A stretch of DNA of 62,020 nt from Octopus bimaculoides. Taxonomy: Eukaryota. The stretch lies in contig NC_068981.1 of NCBI RefSeq assembly GCF_001194135.2, forward strand, positions 152,471,879 through 152,533,898. Reading direction: 5' to 3'. Position numbers and translations under genes: made by a program. Under the pieces are notes generated by a model that saw nothing but the letters and a program-made list of their open reading frames with translations, made no database searches and was not told the DNA's origin. This document shows, in pieces, positions 52,901 to 61,675 of this stretch. The first letter of the stretch is position 1; each line of letters opens with the position of its first letter.

Positions 52901-55900
52901 NNNNNNNNNNNNNNNNNNNNNNNNNNNNNNNNNNNNNNNNNNNNNNNNNNNNNNNNNNNNNNNNNNNNNNNNNNNNNNNNNNNNNNNNNNNNNNNNNNNN
53001 NNNNNNNNNNNNNNNNNNNNNNNNNNNNNNNNNNNNNNNNNNNNNNNNNNNNNNNNNNNNNNNNNNNNNNNNNNNNNNNNNNNNNNNNNNNNNNNNNNNN
53101 NNNNNNNNNNNNNNNNNNNNNNNNNNNNNNNNNNNNNNNNNNNNNNNNNNNNNNNNNNNNNNNNNNNNNNNNNNNNNNNNNNNNNNNNNNNNNNNNNNNN
53201 NNNNNNNNNNNNNNNNNNNNNNNNNNNNNNNNNNNNNNNNNNNNNNNNNNNNNNNNNNNNNNNNNNNNNNNNNNNNNNNNNNNNNNNNNNNNNNNNNNNN
53301 NNNNNNNNNNNNNNNNNNNNNNNNNNNNNNNNNNNNNNNNNNNNNNNNNNNNNNNNNNNNNNNNNNNNNNNNNNNNNNNNNNNNNNNNNNNNNGGTGGCA
53401 CATGAAATGCACTATTTTGAGCGTGGCCGTTGCCAGTACCGCCTGACTGGCCTTCGTGCGGGTGACACGTAAAAGCACCCACTACACTCTCTGAGTGGTT
53501 GGCGTTAGGAAGGGCATCCAGCTGTAGAAACTCTGCCAAATCAGATTGGAGCCTGGTGTAGCCATCTGGTTTCACCAGTCCTCAGTCAAATCGTCCAACC
53601 CATGCTAGCATGGAAAGCGGACGTTAAACGACGACGACGACATACTATATACAAGGAGTTGCTGAAAAGTTCCTGGCTTTGGTTAAAAGAAAATACAGGA
53701 GGATCAGTTAATTATGGTTTTATTCAACATATTCCCCTCTCAGATTCACACACCTACTGCAGCAGTCCTTCAGTTTTTCTAAGTCCTGTAAAAAGAACTT
53801 GGAAGGTCGGGCCTCCAACCAGGCCTCTGTAGCAACGATCACTTCCAAATCGGAGTGAAATTTCATTCCATTGAGATATTTCTTCAGTTGTGGAAAGAGG
53901 TGATAGTCGGAGGGGACCAAGTCAGGCGAGTAAAGTGGGTGGTCAACAAATTCAAAGCCAAAACTGCATATTTTCTATGGAGTTTCGTGTGCTGGCACTA
54001 AAACAGAACACCACAGCTCAGCTTCCCACAGCATTTCTGCTTCAAAGCTTCACACAGTTCATCCAACAGGAACATGTAGCATTCTGCATTGATGGTGCAA
54101 GCCTTTGGCAGGTATTTTATGATGAGTACTCCATCTTTGTCCCAGGATACTGAAGCCAGAATCTTTCTAGAAAGAGGGTAAAAATCTAAAAGAAAAAGAC
54201 TGACTGCACATGTAATCTTAATTCTGTTAAACATAAGTGAGTACGATGAAGGTGAAATCAGGCATTCAACAAATAAATTTGTAAGCGTTAATCATAAACT
54301 TTCCATATATGGCATTAGGAAAGACATTCAGTCATAGAAACCAAACTTATATTGGAGCTTGCTGTAGTCCTGCCACTTCTCCAATCCTGTCAGACTATCC
54401 ATTCCATGTCAGTATAGAAAATGGACATTACATGATGATGTTTTTTTGTTTTTTTTTTGCATAATTTATATAAAATGACAGGTAGTGGATTAGCAGAAAC
54501 AGTATCCAAGGATTTACTTTTATCTATGTTCTGAATTCAAATGTTCTTCACATTTTTGTAATCAGTAAAATACGTTCCAGCAAAATATGTATTTGAGTCA
54601 ATTCAATCAACTAAATCCCATTTTTATAAATTTGTGACTTTGAAATCATATGAAATATGAAAAACTTTAATATTTTCTATTTTTACTTTTAGGTTAATTT
54701 CATGTCTGCTCAAATGCTAGCTGCGACAAATACAAAAGGAGATGAACCAAACACTGGTAAATTTTGTCATCTTATCTTTTTCCTTTCTTAACAATTAACA
54801 TATTTGTAAGCTTATTTAACAAGAAGTTACAAAATATCTTATTTAAGCTAAGTAAAAATTGGAACCTATGATCTCAAATTTTCTTTATTTACTTTCTAGC
54901 TTCATACACACTCCACAGACAGTTTCATCACATACCTTCATTTTCATTCTAATACTATGTTCTTTGGTTTGATTCCATGAGTAAAACACTCAAAGTAATC
55001 AGTTCCCATAGAAATTACATTCACCTGTACAGTAGGTTCTTAATATTTCATTGCATACATTTCCAATGTTTTAATAAAATTAATAATACATTATATTGAT
55101 AAAAGTATGAAATATATAATGTGACGAAATATTCAGCACGTAACAAAAATTAAAATGTAAAGTACACACTTTAATTTTTGCTCTGCATTTTAAGTTGTTG
55201 TCTAGTTTGTTAATAAGATAGAAATTAACATGTGTAGCTTAAAAATATGACTTGTTTCTTCTCCACAAAGGAAATAAACTGCAACTATTGATGGTTACTC
55301 ATATCACAAAATATTTTTTTTGTTATTATTTCAATTGGCACAATGATTGTATAGGGGGATCTTTTATTCCTGTGTTTTTAAGGGTACGGCAACCTCTCTT
55401 GTATTGATGCAACAATAAAATGCATCGCATTAACATTGTAGTATTATAGAAACCATGCCAAAATAAAATATATGATTTGTCTAGGGAGACAGCGACTCCA
55501 AATAAGAACTCAGATCATGACAATCCATCTAACTCATGCAAGCTTGGAAAGCAAATGTAAAACAATGGGTTGTTGTTGTTTAAAGATCTGGAATATTGAC
55601 ACCAAAGTCATCAGTTCAGATCTTCAAAAGACATTGTGTTAAACTTGTAACCAAGGTATAATTCTGCTAGCTTCTTTGCCAAATAGTCTTCTATGTGTTT
55701 GCTTCAGCCAGCAAGGAACTTTCTAAAAAGTCATTTAACTTGCTAGAATTAGTAACCAAATCTCCTTCAGATTCTGCCCATCTTAAAAAACAGGCAAGAC
55801 TCATTGGCTAATGCAGTCCTAGGCTTATTATACCTGATAAAAAGACAGAAAAACAAATGAGATGGTCACAGTTGGATCATCTTTGATCATAGATCTGCTT

Positions 55901-58735
55901 TTTCAAGGTTGACCTGGAGTAAAATAACAATTTTGCTTTGTTCAGTTTATCTATGATCAAAAAGAAAAAAAGCTCCACTCCTATTTGACAGCTGAGAGGA
56001 TAGGTATCCAGCTACAGAAACTATTGTTCCAACAAATAAACCATTCCACCCATGCAGGTAAAATTAAAGGAATATAAAATTAAAACAAATATAATCCCAA
56101 ACTATTAATTACATTTATAGCATTATTTCTTACATCATGACTTTGTATATTTTATATTTTGTTTATAATAATTTATCAATGAAGAAGTAAATGAAATGAA
56201 GAAACTTGAAGAGAAGGCCCGTCAACTCGCTGAAGAGGCTGTCTCAGACCAGATCAAACCAGACAAAGGAATCTTGTTTGTGAGGTAAGCTTTGTCATTC
56301 TATATTTGGCTGTTTTGTTCTCTGTCTTGTGTTTTGCAGATATAGTATATTATTTTAATCTTGTATAGTGTAATTTCATGAAAGTAAATGTAATTAATCT
56401 TGATATAAGAGGACACAATGGAAATTACCGTAAACACCCATGTAATTTATGCACTTTTTTCGCAAAAACAAAAATAAACTTTAGTGGGTGCATAAATTAC
56501 ATGAGTAGATCGTTTCCAGAATTTTTTAAGAAATTTTCTTTGTTGAAAAATACCGTACAAATGCAAACATTCATACCGGAAGTTGACTCATTTAATGTCA
56601 GAATAGGTTTGGGCCATATTTTACATTGCTTGGAGTCCAGCAATTTCCTTAACTAGATCAGTTTTTCTCCGTTTAGGGAGTCTAGCTTACGTTTCCACCA
56701 GGAAGCTATTTGCTCGTTTTCTCCCCATTACGACACAATGAAATTCCAAGTTTGATTCCAGGCAGTGACCTGAATAATAATAATAACATCGAAAAATACC
56801 TTAGGAATGAGAACCCAGGTTCAAAATTTCCCCAAGACACCTGATGAAGGCTGGAGGGTATATCAGCTGATATGTGTTAACAACAAACAAAATGAGGACA
56901 AATATCCATTAAATGTAAATAAGGAATCAGAATTCTGTTCACATAATCAGTTTCATCGGTCAAAGTTTATTATAAGCAACACAAACACTTCATAATTTAA
57001 TAGCTTTCAATGTGATACGTCTAACAGATTATTTTTATTTAAGGAAAATTTAATAAAATTTAATCATAAGTAAGTGAAATTATGCTAAATACAACTAAAT
57101 TAAAAACTTTTTTCCCTGGCTATGTCGGCAATTCTGAAAACTTTTGGGTGCAAATTTTACACAAGTAGAAGCTTTTTTTAACAATTTTTATCCTGAAAAT
57201 CACCTGCGTAAATTACACAGGTGCGCAAATTACATGGGTTTTTACAATAAGTGAAAAATGATAAGTTGGAAAACTTCAAATTTTTTTTCCTAAAATAGAA
57301 TAAACAGGATAGGGGTAGTGAGCAGGGGCTGCATGGTCGTGAGCGGCATGGTGGGGAGCCTCTTCTTCCCCACAAGTCATGCCGATGCAGCCATGGCTGC
57401 ACAACGATGAAGACGTCGCCGCCACCACAGATAATTACATCGAAAAATACCTTAAATCTTTTTTCCTAAAATAGAATAAACAGAATCTATGATACAACTT
57501 CCAATACTTAAACAAAAACTTTTTCAACTGAATGTCTTTTCAGTGATACAATTTTTAAACATTTTATCAACTAGCAAGAGGAGATATGTATTATAGTCTT
57601 ATTTCTGTTTAATTACTTGGCTGTGAAGTTCTCAAAGAAAGTATTTTTATCCTCAGTAAAAGAATAATTATTCACATTAACAGGAGCAACACTACAGATG
57701 AAGATTTGGGAGAATATACCAAGACAACGAATCCTGATGAAATTAATATTGATGATGACTTTGATACTGATGAAGATGAAGAAATTGAAGGTTCAGTAGC
57801 TAATTTTTCATTTCCTAGTTTTATTAAACAAATCTATATTGATTCTATTTTCATATACAGACCATGAAATGTCACCATAATTTTCTAATTTAATTTGTAT
57901 GTTGTTCAGTGGCATCAATTTAATATATTAACCCTTTAGCATTCAAATTGGCCCAGTCCTACCACTCACATTTACCCTACTGTGTCGTTCCAAAAAATAA
58001 ACTATCATGTCTTCAAAATCTTGAAGCTACAAGATAATGCATGATTAATTCAAAGCAATGTGAATAAATAAGCATTACAATTGACAGAGCATAATGTGAA
58101 TGCTAAAGGGTTAAGTTAAATAAACTTGGAGAAGTTACTGACTTCATTGACAATTAACAGGTCTGAATCTAAATGGAGTCTGGGATGATCAAATTATTTT
58201 CAAGGAACAGCATTTTTGTTTATACTTGATCATAATTTTGTATATATGTGTGTGTGTGTATACACACATACACAAACATATGCATACATATAATATGTAA
58301 ATGCATCTATGAATTAATTTTATAGTCCTGTTGTTGTGGACACAACCTGTTGTTGCTGTATAATTAATGTAATACTATGGTTTTTTTTAATTATTTTTTT
58401 GTATCCCATAAACAAAGAAATATTGTTTGGAATATAAGTCTTTCATGTGGAATAAATGAAATACTTACTGGGATTTAATATGATGTACTACTATTTAAAA
58501 ATTCTTAGTTATTTTTGTGTTGTATTTTTTCAATACAGAAAAAGACTGTAAACTGTCAGGCCATAATTTATTTGGATACAAAGTCAAACTTTTATATTCA
58601 AAAACTCCAAAATTATGTTTGTTTCATTTGTCTTCTTTTCATTAATTTTTTGCAGAAGTGAATCTTCAACAACAAGCTGTTCCTGCTGAAGTTTTTGGAA
58701 GTCTTGCTTCTGAAGAAAATGAAAACGATGAATGA
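26128..58735 (+). CDS. XAB2: Pre-mRNA-splicing factor SYF1 / XPA-binding protein 2, whole gene span, 24 coding exons, 847 aa
   Basis: Manually spliced exons give one open 2544-nt frame from [35 protein letters not shown] to [26 protein letters not shown]. It is recognisably collinear with human XAB2 ([67 protein letters not shown]). Every intron is GT..AG with matching phases. Confidence 0.97.
27080..27221 (+). repeat. Inverted repeat with 68-bp arms and a 6-nt loop in SYF1 intron 1
   Basis: 27080-27147 vs 27154-27221, three differences; two are G-U pairs in the plus-strand RNA. Confidence 0.95.
28738..28886 (+). CDS. XAB2: SYF1 exon 2
   Basis: tttccag|GAA acceptor; [38 protein letters not shown]; AG|gtaat donor, phase 2. 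Confidence 0.95.
30692..30815 (+). CDS. XAB2: SYF1 exon 3
   Basis: ctttttag| acceptor; (S)[18 protein letters not shown]; AAG|gtata. Confidence 0.95.
31750..31832 (+). repeat. Perfect 40-bp tandem duplication (period 43)
   Basis: gtggtttcccacacattatataagggtgagttgttggaaa twice, separated by tag. Confidence 0.9.
32491..32688 (+). CDS. XAB2: SYF1 exon 4
   Basis: ttcacag|ATG; [43 protein letters not shown]; |gtaat. Confidence 0.96.
33391..33525 (+). CDS. XAB2: SYF1 exon 5
   Basis: tttatag|; [40 protein letters not shown]; |gtaag. Confidence 0.95.
34705..34869 (+). CDS. XAB2: SYF1 exon 6
   Basis: tttcag|; [21 protein letters not shown]; |gtaag. Confidence 0.95.
34960..35480 (+). mobile_element. 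Degenerate RTE LINE fragment in intron 6
   Basis: Same family as 50628-50862 (gcctgggcaaagtt.agagagct; RWYGH..RM box), with many indels. Confidence 0.55.
36415..36547 (+). repeat. Inverted repeat with 43-bp arms and a 47-nt spacer in intron 6
   Basis: 36415-36457 vs 36505-36547, three differences; two head-to-head family B pieces. Confidence 0.85.
36765..36909 (+). CDS. XAB2: SYF1 exon 7
   Basis: atcag|; [29 protein letters not shown]..; G|gtaac, phase 1. Confidence 0.95.
36991..37207 (+). mobile_element. SINE family A copy in SYF1 intron 7
   Basis: A/B boxes and the family tail. Confidence 0.75.
37283..37430. mobile_element. hAT (Charlie-like) MITE in intron 7
   Basis: CAGTGGTTCCCAA..TTGAGAACTACTG termini; exact 8-bp TSD ATCTAAAC at 37275-37282 and 37431-37438. 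Confidence 0.85.
38387..38459 (+). CDS. XAB2: SYF1 exon 8
   Basis: tatcag|; (D)[23 protein letters not shown](S); AG|gtaat. Confidence 0.95.
38619..38794 (-). mobile_element. Short retroposon family B with an (ATG)n tail and an RTE-like 3' end
   Basis: Near-identical to 53469-53640(+) and 60790-60960(+). Older copies at about 29500-30030, 30320-30440, 31415-31620, 31960-32100, 36050-36610, 41080-41330, 48460-48640, 54330-54440 and 58820-59170. Confidence 0.8.
39377..39455 (+). CDS. XAB2: SYF1 exon 9
   Basis: ttttag|; [26 protein letters not shown]; |gtatt. Confidence 0.95.
39660..40600. repeat. C/A-rich low-complexity region with a gap
   Basis: Degenerate cac/ccc repeats; source of spurious Pro/Thr/His-rich ORFs. 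Confidence 0.75.
40758..40877 (+). CDS. XAB2: SYF1 exon 10
   Basis: ggcag|; [40 protein letters not shown]; |gtaag. Confidence 0.95.
43492..43592 (+). CDS. XAB2: SYF1 exon 11
   Basis: ttctag|; [33 protein letters not shown](E); GA|gtgag. Confidence 0.95.
43689..43764 (+). CDS. XAB2: SYF1 exon 12
   Basis: follows a 96-nt intron; [25 protein letters not shown]; |gtaag. Confidence 0.93.
44750..44836 (+). CDS. XAB2: SYF1 exon 13
   Basis: ttatag|; [29 protein letters not shown]; |gtatg. Confidence 0.95.
45243..45461 (+). mobile_element. Young SINE family A copy with 17-bp TSD, stacked behind two older copies (44868-45240)
   Basis: TSD AGAAACAATTATTATTT at 45226-45242 and 45462-45478. Confidence 0.85.
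45844..46057 (+). mobile_element. Mariner-derived MITE ending about 70 nt upstream of exon 14
   Basis: TIR core CTGAAAAGTTCCTGGCTTTG at both ends; the interior is the transposase 3' end (C..L.GEYVE). Confidence 0.8.
46129..46242 (+). CDS. XAB2: SYF1 exon 14
   Basis: tttcag|; [38 protein letters not shown]; |gtaat. Confidence 0.96.
46747..46833 (+). CDS. XAB2: SYF1 exon 15
   Basis: tttcag|; [29 protein letters not shown]; |gtaag. Confidence 0.96.
47387..47462 (+). CDS. XAB2: SYF1 exon 16
   Basis: ctacag|; [25 protein letters not shown]; G|gtaag. Confidence 0.96.
48781..49117 (-). mobile_element. Full-length tRNA-derived SINE (family D) in intron 16
   Basis: Minus strand starts ggcgcatggctcagtggttagagcg (A box) and gagttcaaatccc (B box), then a tgtgttcttgagcaag central box; imperfect TSD agtg(a/g)ttaact. 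Confidence 0.8.
49534..49643 (+). CDS. XAB2: SYF1 exon 17
   Basis: tcccag|; [36 protein letters not shown]; |gtttg. Confidence 0.95.
49853..49956 (+). CDS. XAB2: SYF1 exon 18
   Basis: gcacag|; [34 protein letters not shown](R); CG|gtatg. Confidence 0.96.
50422..50521 (+). CDS. XAB2: SYF1 exon 19
   Basis: catcag|; [33 protein letters not shown]; |gtaag. Confidence 0.96.
50628..50862 (+). mobile_element. Young RTE LINE RT fragment in intron 19
   Basis: Stop-free [77 protein letters not shown], ending at a gap. Confidence 0.85.
51446..51640 (+). mobile_element. Diverged SINE family A copy in intron 19
   Basis: aagctggcagaatcattagc..gagttcaaatg..tttgcctttgatcctttc. Confidence 0.7.
51977..52093 (+). 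CDS. XAB2: SYF1 exon 20
   Basis: aaacag|; [39 protein letters not shown]; |gtagg. Confidence 0.96.
53394..53644 (+). mobile_element. Family B retroposon, young copy in intron 20
   Basis: gtaaaagcacccactacactc..gaagggcatccagctgtagaaac..gcatggaaagcggacgttaaa plus a (cga)n tail. Confidence 0.8.
53648..54240 (-). pseudogene. Mariner transposase relic with 3' TIR in intron 20
   Basis: [26 protein letters not shown] and [23 protein letters not shown]; internal deletion and frameshifts. Confidence 0.85.
54693..54756 (+). CDS. XAB2: SYF1 exon 21
   Basis: ttttag|; [21 protein letters not shown]; G|gtaaa, phase 1. Confidence 0.92.
56185..56284 (+). CDS. XAB2: SYF1 exon 22 (start 56185 or 56188, tandem AAG/AAG acceptor)
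   Basis: (E)[32 protein letters not shown](R); AG|gtaag. An in-frame TAA at 56169-56171 forces the acceptor onto a downstream AAG. Confidence 0.85.
56428..57247. mobile_element. Tc2/pogo-like TIR element with a nested pLTR fragment (about 56775-56990)
   Basis: Left (TA)CCGTAAACACCCATGTAATTTATGCAC; right GTGCGCAAATTACATGGGTTTTTACAA(TA), an imperfect reverse complement. Confidence 0.5.
56837..56877 (+). ncRNA. Degenerate hammerhead relic in SYF1 intron 22
   Basis: ACAC CUGAUGA A GGCUG-gagggtatat-CAGCU GAUA UGUGU: stem I, core and stem II are present, but GAAA is mutated to GAUA and stem III is lost. Confidence 0.4.
57283..57483 (+). repeat. 25-bp direct repeats enclosing a 151-bp GC-rich insert
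   Basis: TTTTTTCCTAAAATAGAATAAACAG at 57283-57307 and 57459-57483. Confidence 0.9.
57684..57790 (+). CDS. XAB2: SYF1 exon 23
   Basis: aacag|; [35 protein letters not shown], matching the NPEEI acidic tail; G|gttca (weak donor). Confidence 0.9.
57932..58110. mobile_element. piggyBac-type MITE in intron 23
   Basis: TTAA|CCCTTTAGCATTCA..TGAATGCTAAAGGG|TTAA: perfect 14-bp TIR with TTAA target sites. Confidence 0.85.
58656..58735 (+). CDS. XAB2: SYF1 exon 24 (terminal)
   Basis: tttgcag|; [25 protein letters not shown] then TGA at 58733-58735. Confidence 0.94.
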
Positions 58736-58755
58736 AAAAAGCATTTATTACTCAA

Positions 58756-58761
58756 AATAAA
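58756..58761 (+). terminator. Candidate polyadenylation signal of SYF1
   Basis: AATAAA 20 nt after the stop codon, followed by a GT/T-rich tract (ttgtagttttgttttagtgttt) at about 58774-58810. Confidence 0.6.
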
Positions 58762-58819
58762 TTTTATATAAATTTGTAGTTTTGTTTTAGTGTTTACTTT
58801 TATTGTTTTAGCTTTTGTG

Positions 58820-59170
58820 AACATGCCATGCCGGTGACACATAAAAAGCACCATCTGAGCATGGCCAATGCCAGTGCCGCCTGACTGACATCTGTGCCAG
58901 TGGCACGTAAAATACACCATTCGAACGTAGCCAGTGCCACCTGACTGGCACCTGTGCCAGTGGCATGTAAAAAGCACCATTTAAGTGTGGCCAATTCCTG
59001 TGCCGTAAAAGCACCCACTACACTCTCAGAGTGGTTGGTGTTAGGAAGAGCATCCAGCTGTAGAAACCTTGCCAAATCAGATTGGAGCCTAGTGCAGTCT
59101 CCCAACTTACCATTTCTCAATCAAAACCATCCAGCCTTTGGAAAGTGGATGTTAAATGACGATGAAGAAT
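58820..59170 (+). mobile_element. Family B retroposon with about three internal 60-bp tandem units
   Basis: 60-nt periodicity (58870 vs 58930), then the family B 3' part. Confidence 0.75.
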
Positions 59171-59319
59171 GGATGTTAGAGCTCTCAGAATTAAGTCAGC
59201 TGGTTATGTTTCAGAGCCTTCTGAAAACATTTGGTATCATTTCACTTCACTTGCAATGTTAACCTTCTCGAAAGGGCTTCAGGTTTAAACTTCCAGTTTT
59301 CTCTTTACTAAAAATAGTA

Positions 59320-60776
59320 ACAAACATGCCAGGTGATGAACAGCAATTTGGAAATTCTTGTCCAGGAGATGCATCAAATGATTCACAGGAAATTATTTTG
59401 ATTTTAAGAATTTAAGAAATGAAAAGACATGCAGTCATAGTTGCTATACATACAAACCACAGTGATTTAGAAATGAGCAACTTTCTAAATGCTACAAAAT
59501 CATTTGTACACAAAGTTCAGTTGGAATTGGAGGCATGTGATGGAAATGTTTCAAAGAGTCAAAAACATTCACAGTGTTCAAACACTAAAAGGACACTGGA
59601 ATTTATACCACATGTTCAAAACATTATCAATGATCAATGAAAACTCCAGAAGATCAATGAGGTCCATTTATTTTTTTATTGCCCATAGGGGGCTAAACAT
59701 AGAGGGGACAAACAAAGGGTTTAAGTCGATTACACCGACCCCAGTGCATAACTGGTACTTATTTAATCGACCCCGAAAGGATGAAAGGCAAAGTCGACCT
59801 CGGCGGAGTTTGAAGTCAGAACGTAACTGCAGACAAAATACCGCTAAGCATTTCGCCCGGTGTGCTAACGATTCTGCCAGCTCACCGCCCTAATGAGGTC
59901 CATTGCTAAAGAACTTCAGGTGTCAGAGTAGTACCTCGTGGAACATTGTGACATTCGATACAAGTCCTATGTAATGAGGAAAGGCCAATTCGTGTCTGCA
60001 AAGACACAGGCAAACTGTCTCATCCATTCAAAAAAGTTACTTAACAAAGTGAAAAACCCTCATAAACTAGGCATGCTTTAGTTTTTCTCTGACGTAAAAA
60101 ACTTTGACCAGGATCAATAGAAGAAATGACAAGTGGTCATGTGCAGATCCTTCTGAATTACCCAGAGTGATGCACTCAAAATTTCCAGCAACTGCAATGG
60201 TTTTAGGAGTGGTGAGTAGCAAAGGTCATGTGATGCCACCCCACATTTTTGCCACGGGGTCTTAGAATTAACACTGCTGAATACATTGAGGTACTGGAAA
60301 CTGTTATCAAGCCCTGGATTGATGAAGTATGCAATGGAAGGTCATATGTGTTTCAACACAACTCAGCACATTCTCACAAAGCCCTAGTCACCCAAGAATG
60401 GTTCTCTGACAATCTTTACACCCAATATGTGGCCTCCAAACTCGCCAGATTTGAACCCCATGGGCTACTATGTGTGGAGCACTGTTGAAAGGGAGACTAA
60501 TTATCATCCTCATAATACCATAGCTTCAAGAAAGGCCACCATTGTCCAGGTGATGTCTGAAATGAATAAGGACCATGAAGTGTCAGCATGCCAATGGTTT
60601 CAGTCCAGCATTGAAGCAGTCATCGAAACTGAAGGCAGTTTCATAGAATAATTTGCTTAAAAAATCATTATCAAGACTAATTGCACAAATGTTTATACGA
60701 ATACATATCTATTTATGCTGAAATATAGTTGTTTTATTGCATACAAAAACTGTCCTCAAATACCCTTCACACCCTG
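59320..60776 (+). pseudogene. Tc1/mariner transposase relic, DD37D/maT-like
   Basis: YVFQHNSAHSHKA..QEW, WPPNSPDLNPMGYYVWS.VE.ETN..HNT and EG.FIE; right end ..CACCCTG|TA; interrupted by a SINE. No left TIR found. Confidence 0.8.
59669..59891 (-). mobile_element. Young SINE family A copy inserted into a transposase relic, 13-bp TSD
   Basis: TSD AATGAGGTCCATT at 59656-59668 and 59892-59904. Confidence 0.85.
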
Positions 60777-60789
60777 TATATATATATAA

Positions 60790-60960
60790 GCACCCATTAC
60801 ACTCTCGGAGTGGTTGGCGTTAGGAAGGGCATCCAGCTGTAGAAACTCTGCCAGATCAGATTGGAGCCTGGTGTAGCCACCTGGTTCACCAGTCCTCAGT
60901 CAAATCATCCAACCCATGCTAGCATGGAAAGCGGACGTTAAATGATGATGATGATGATAT
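60790..60960 (+). mobile_element. Family B retroposon, young copy
   Basis: Near-identical to 53469-53628; (ATG)n tail. Confidence 0.8.
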
Positions 60961-61116
60961 GTATATATATATAGCATCGTAAATTTATCAACTGCTATTT
61001 CTAGTAAACATTAGTGCCTTGTACCACTACTTTCTCTCTCTCTCTCTCTTTCTCTCCCTCTTTATATATATATGTGTATATATATAAAGAGGGAGAGAGA
61101 GAGAGAGAGAGATATG

Positions 61117-61152
<36 letters not shown>

Positions 61153-61315
61153 GTTGTAGTATATTGTCAACTTAATGTGACAATCCCAATAAGGGAATAC
61201 ACTACTGCCGTTTAGCCCTAGGAAGCTGGACCGCATCCTGTCGGCCTTGACACAATTACTGTGTCCTTAAGTTTGCGAGGGGGAGACAAGCTCCTCCACC
61301 CAGCCTAGCCAGCAT

Positions 61316-61356
61316 TCAGGGACATGTTTCTGAGTCTTTGCTCGTCATCAGCCTGA
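61316..61356 (-). ncRNA. Identical second copy of HHR-B (may be an assembly duplicate)
   Basis: Part of the exact 270-nt duplication 61088-61357 = 61611-61880 across a gap. Confidence 0.45.
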
Positions 61357-61639
61357 TNNNNNNNNNNNNNNNNNNNNNNNNNNNNNNNNNNNNNNNNNNN
61401 NNNNNNNNNNNNNNNNNNNNNNNNNNNNNNNNNNNNNNNNNNNNNNNNNNNNNNNNNNNNNNNNNNNNNNNNNNNNNNNNNNNNNNNNNNNNNNNNNNNN
61501 NNNNNNNNNNNNNNNNNNNNNNNNNNNNNNNNNNNNNNNNNNNNNNNNNNNNNNNNNNNNNNNNNNNNNNNNNNNNNNNNNNNNNNNNNNNNNNNNNNNN
61601 NNNNNNNNNAAGAGGGAGAGAGAGAGAGAGAGAGATATG

Positions 61640-61675
<36 letters not shown>

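Noticed and set aside
54757-56184. U12-type intron as the explanation for the odd exon 22 acceptor
   Set aside because: The donor is GTAAAT, not RTATCCTT, and no TCCTTAAC branch site is near the acceptor.
58826-59010. CRISPR-like repeat array
   Set aside because: Eukaryotic context, contiguous 60-bp units without unique spacers, and part of a retroposon.
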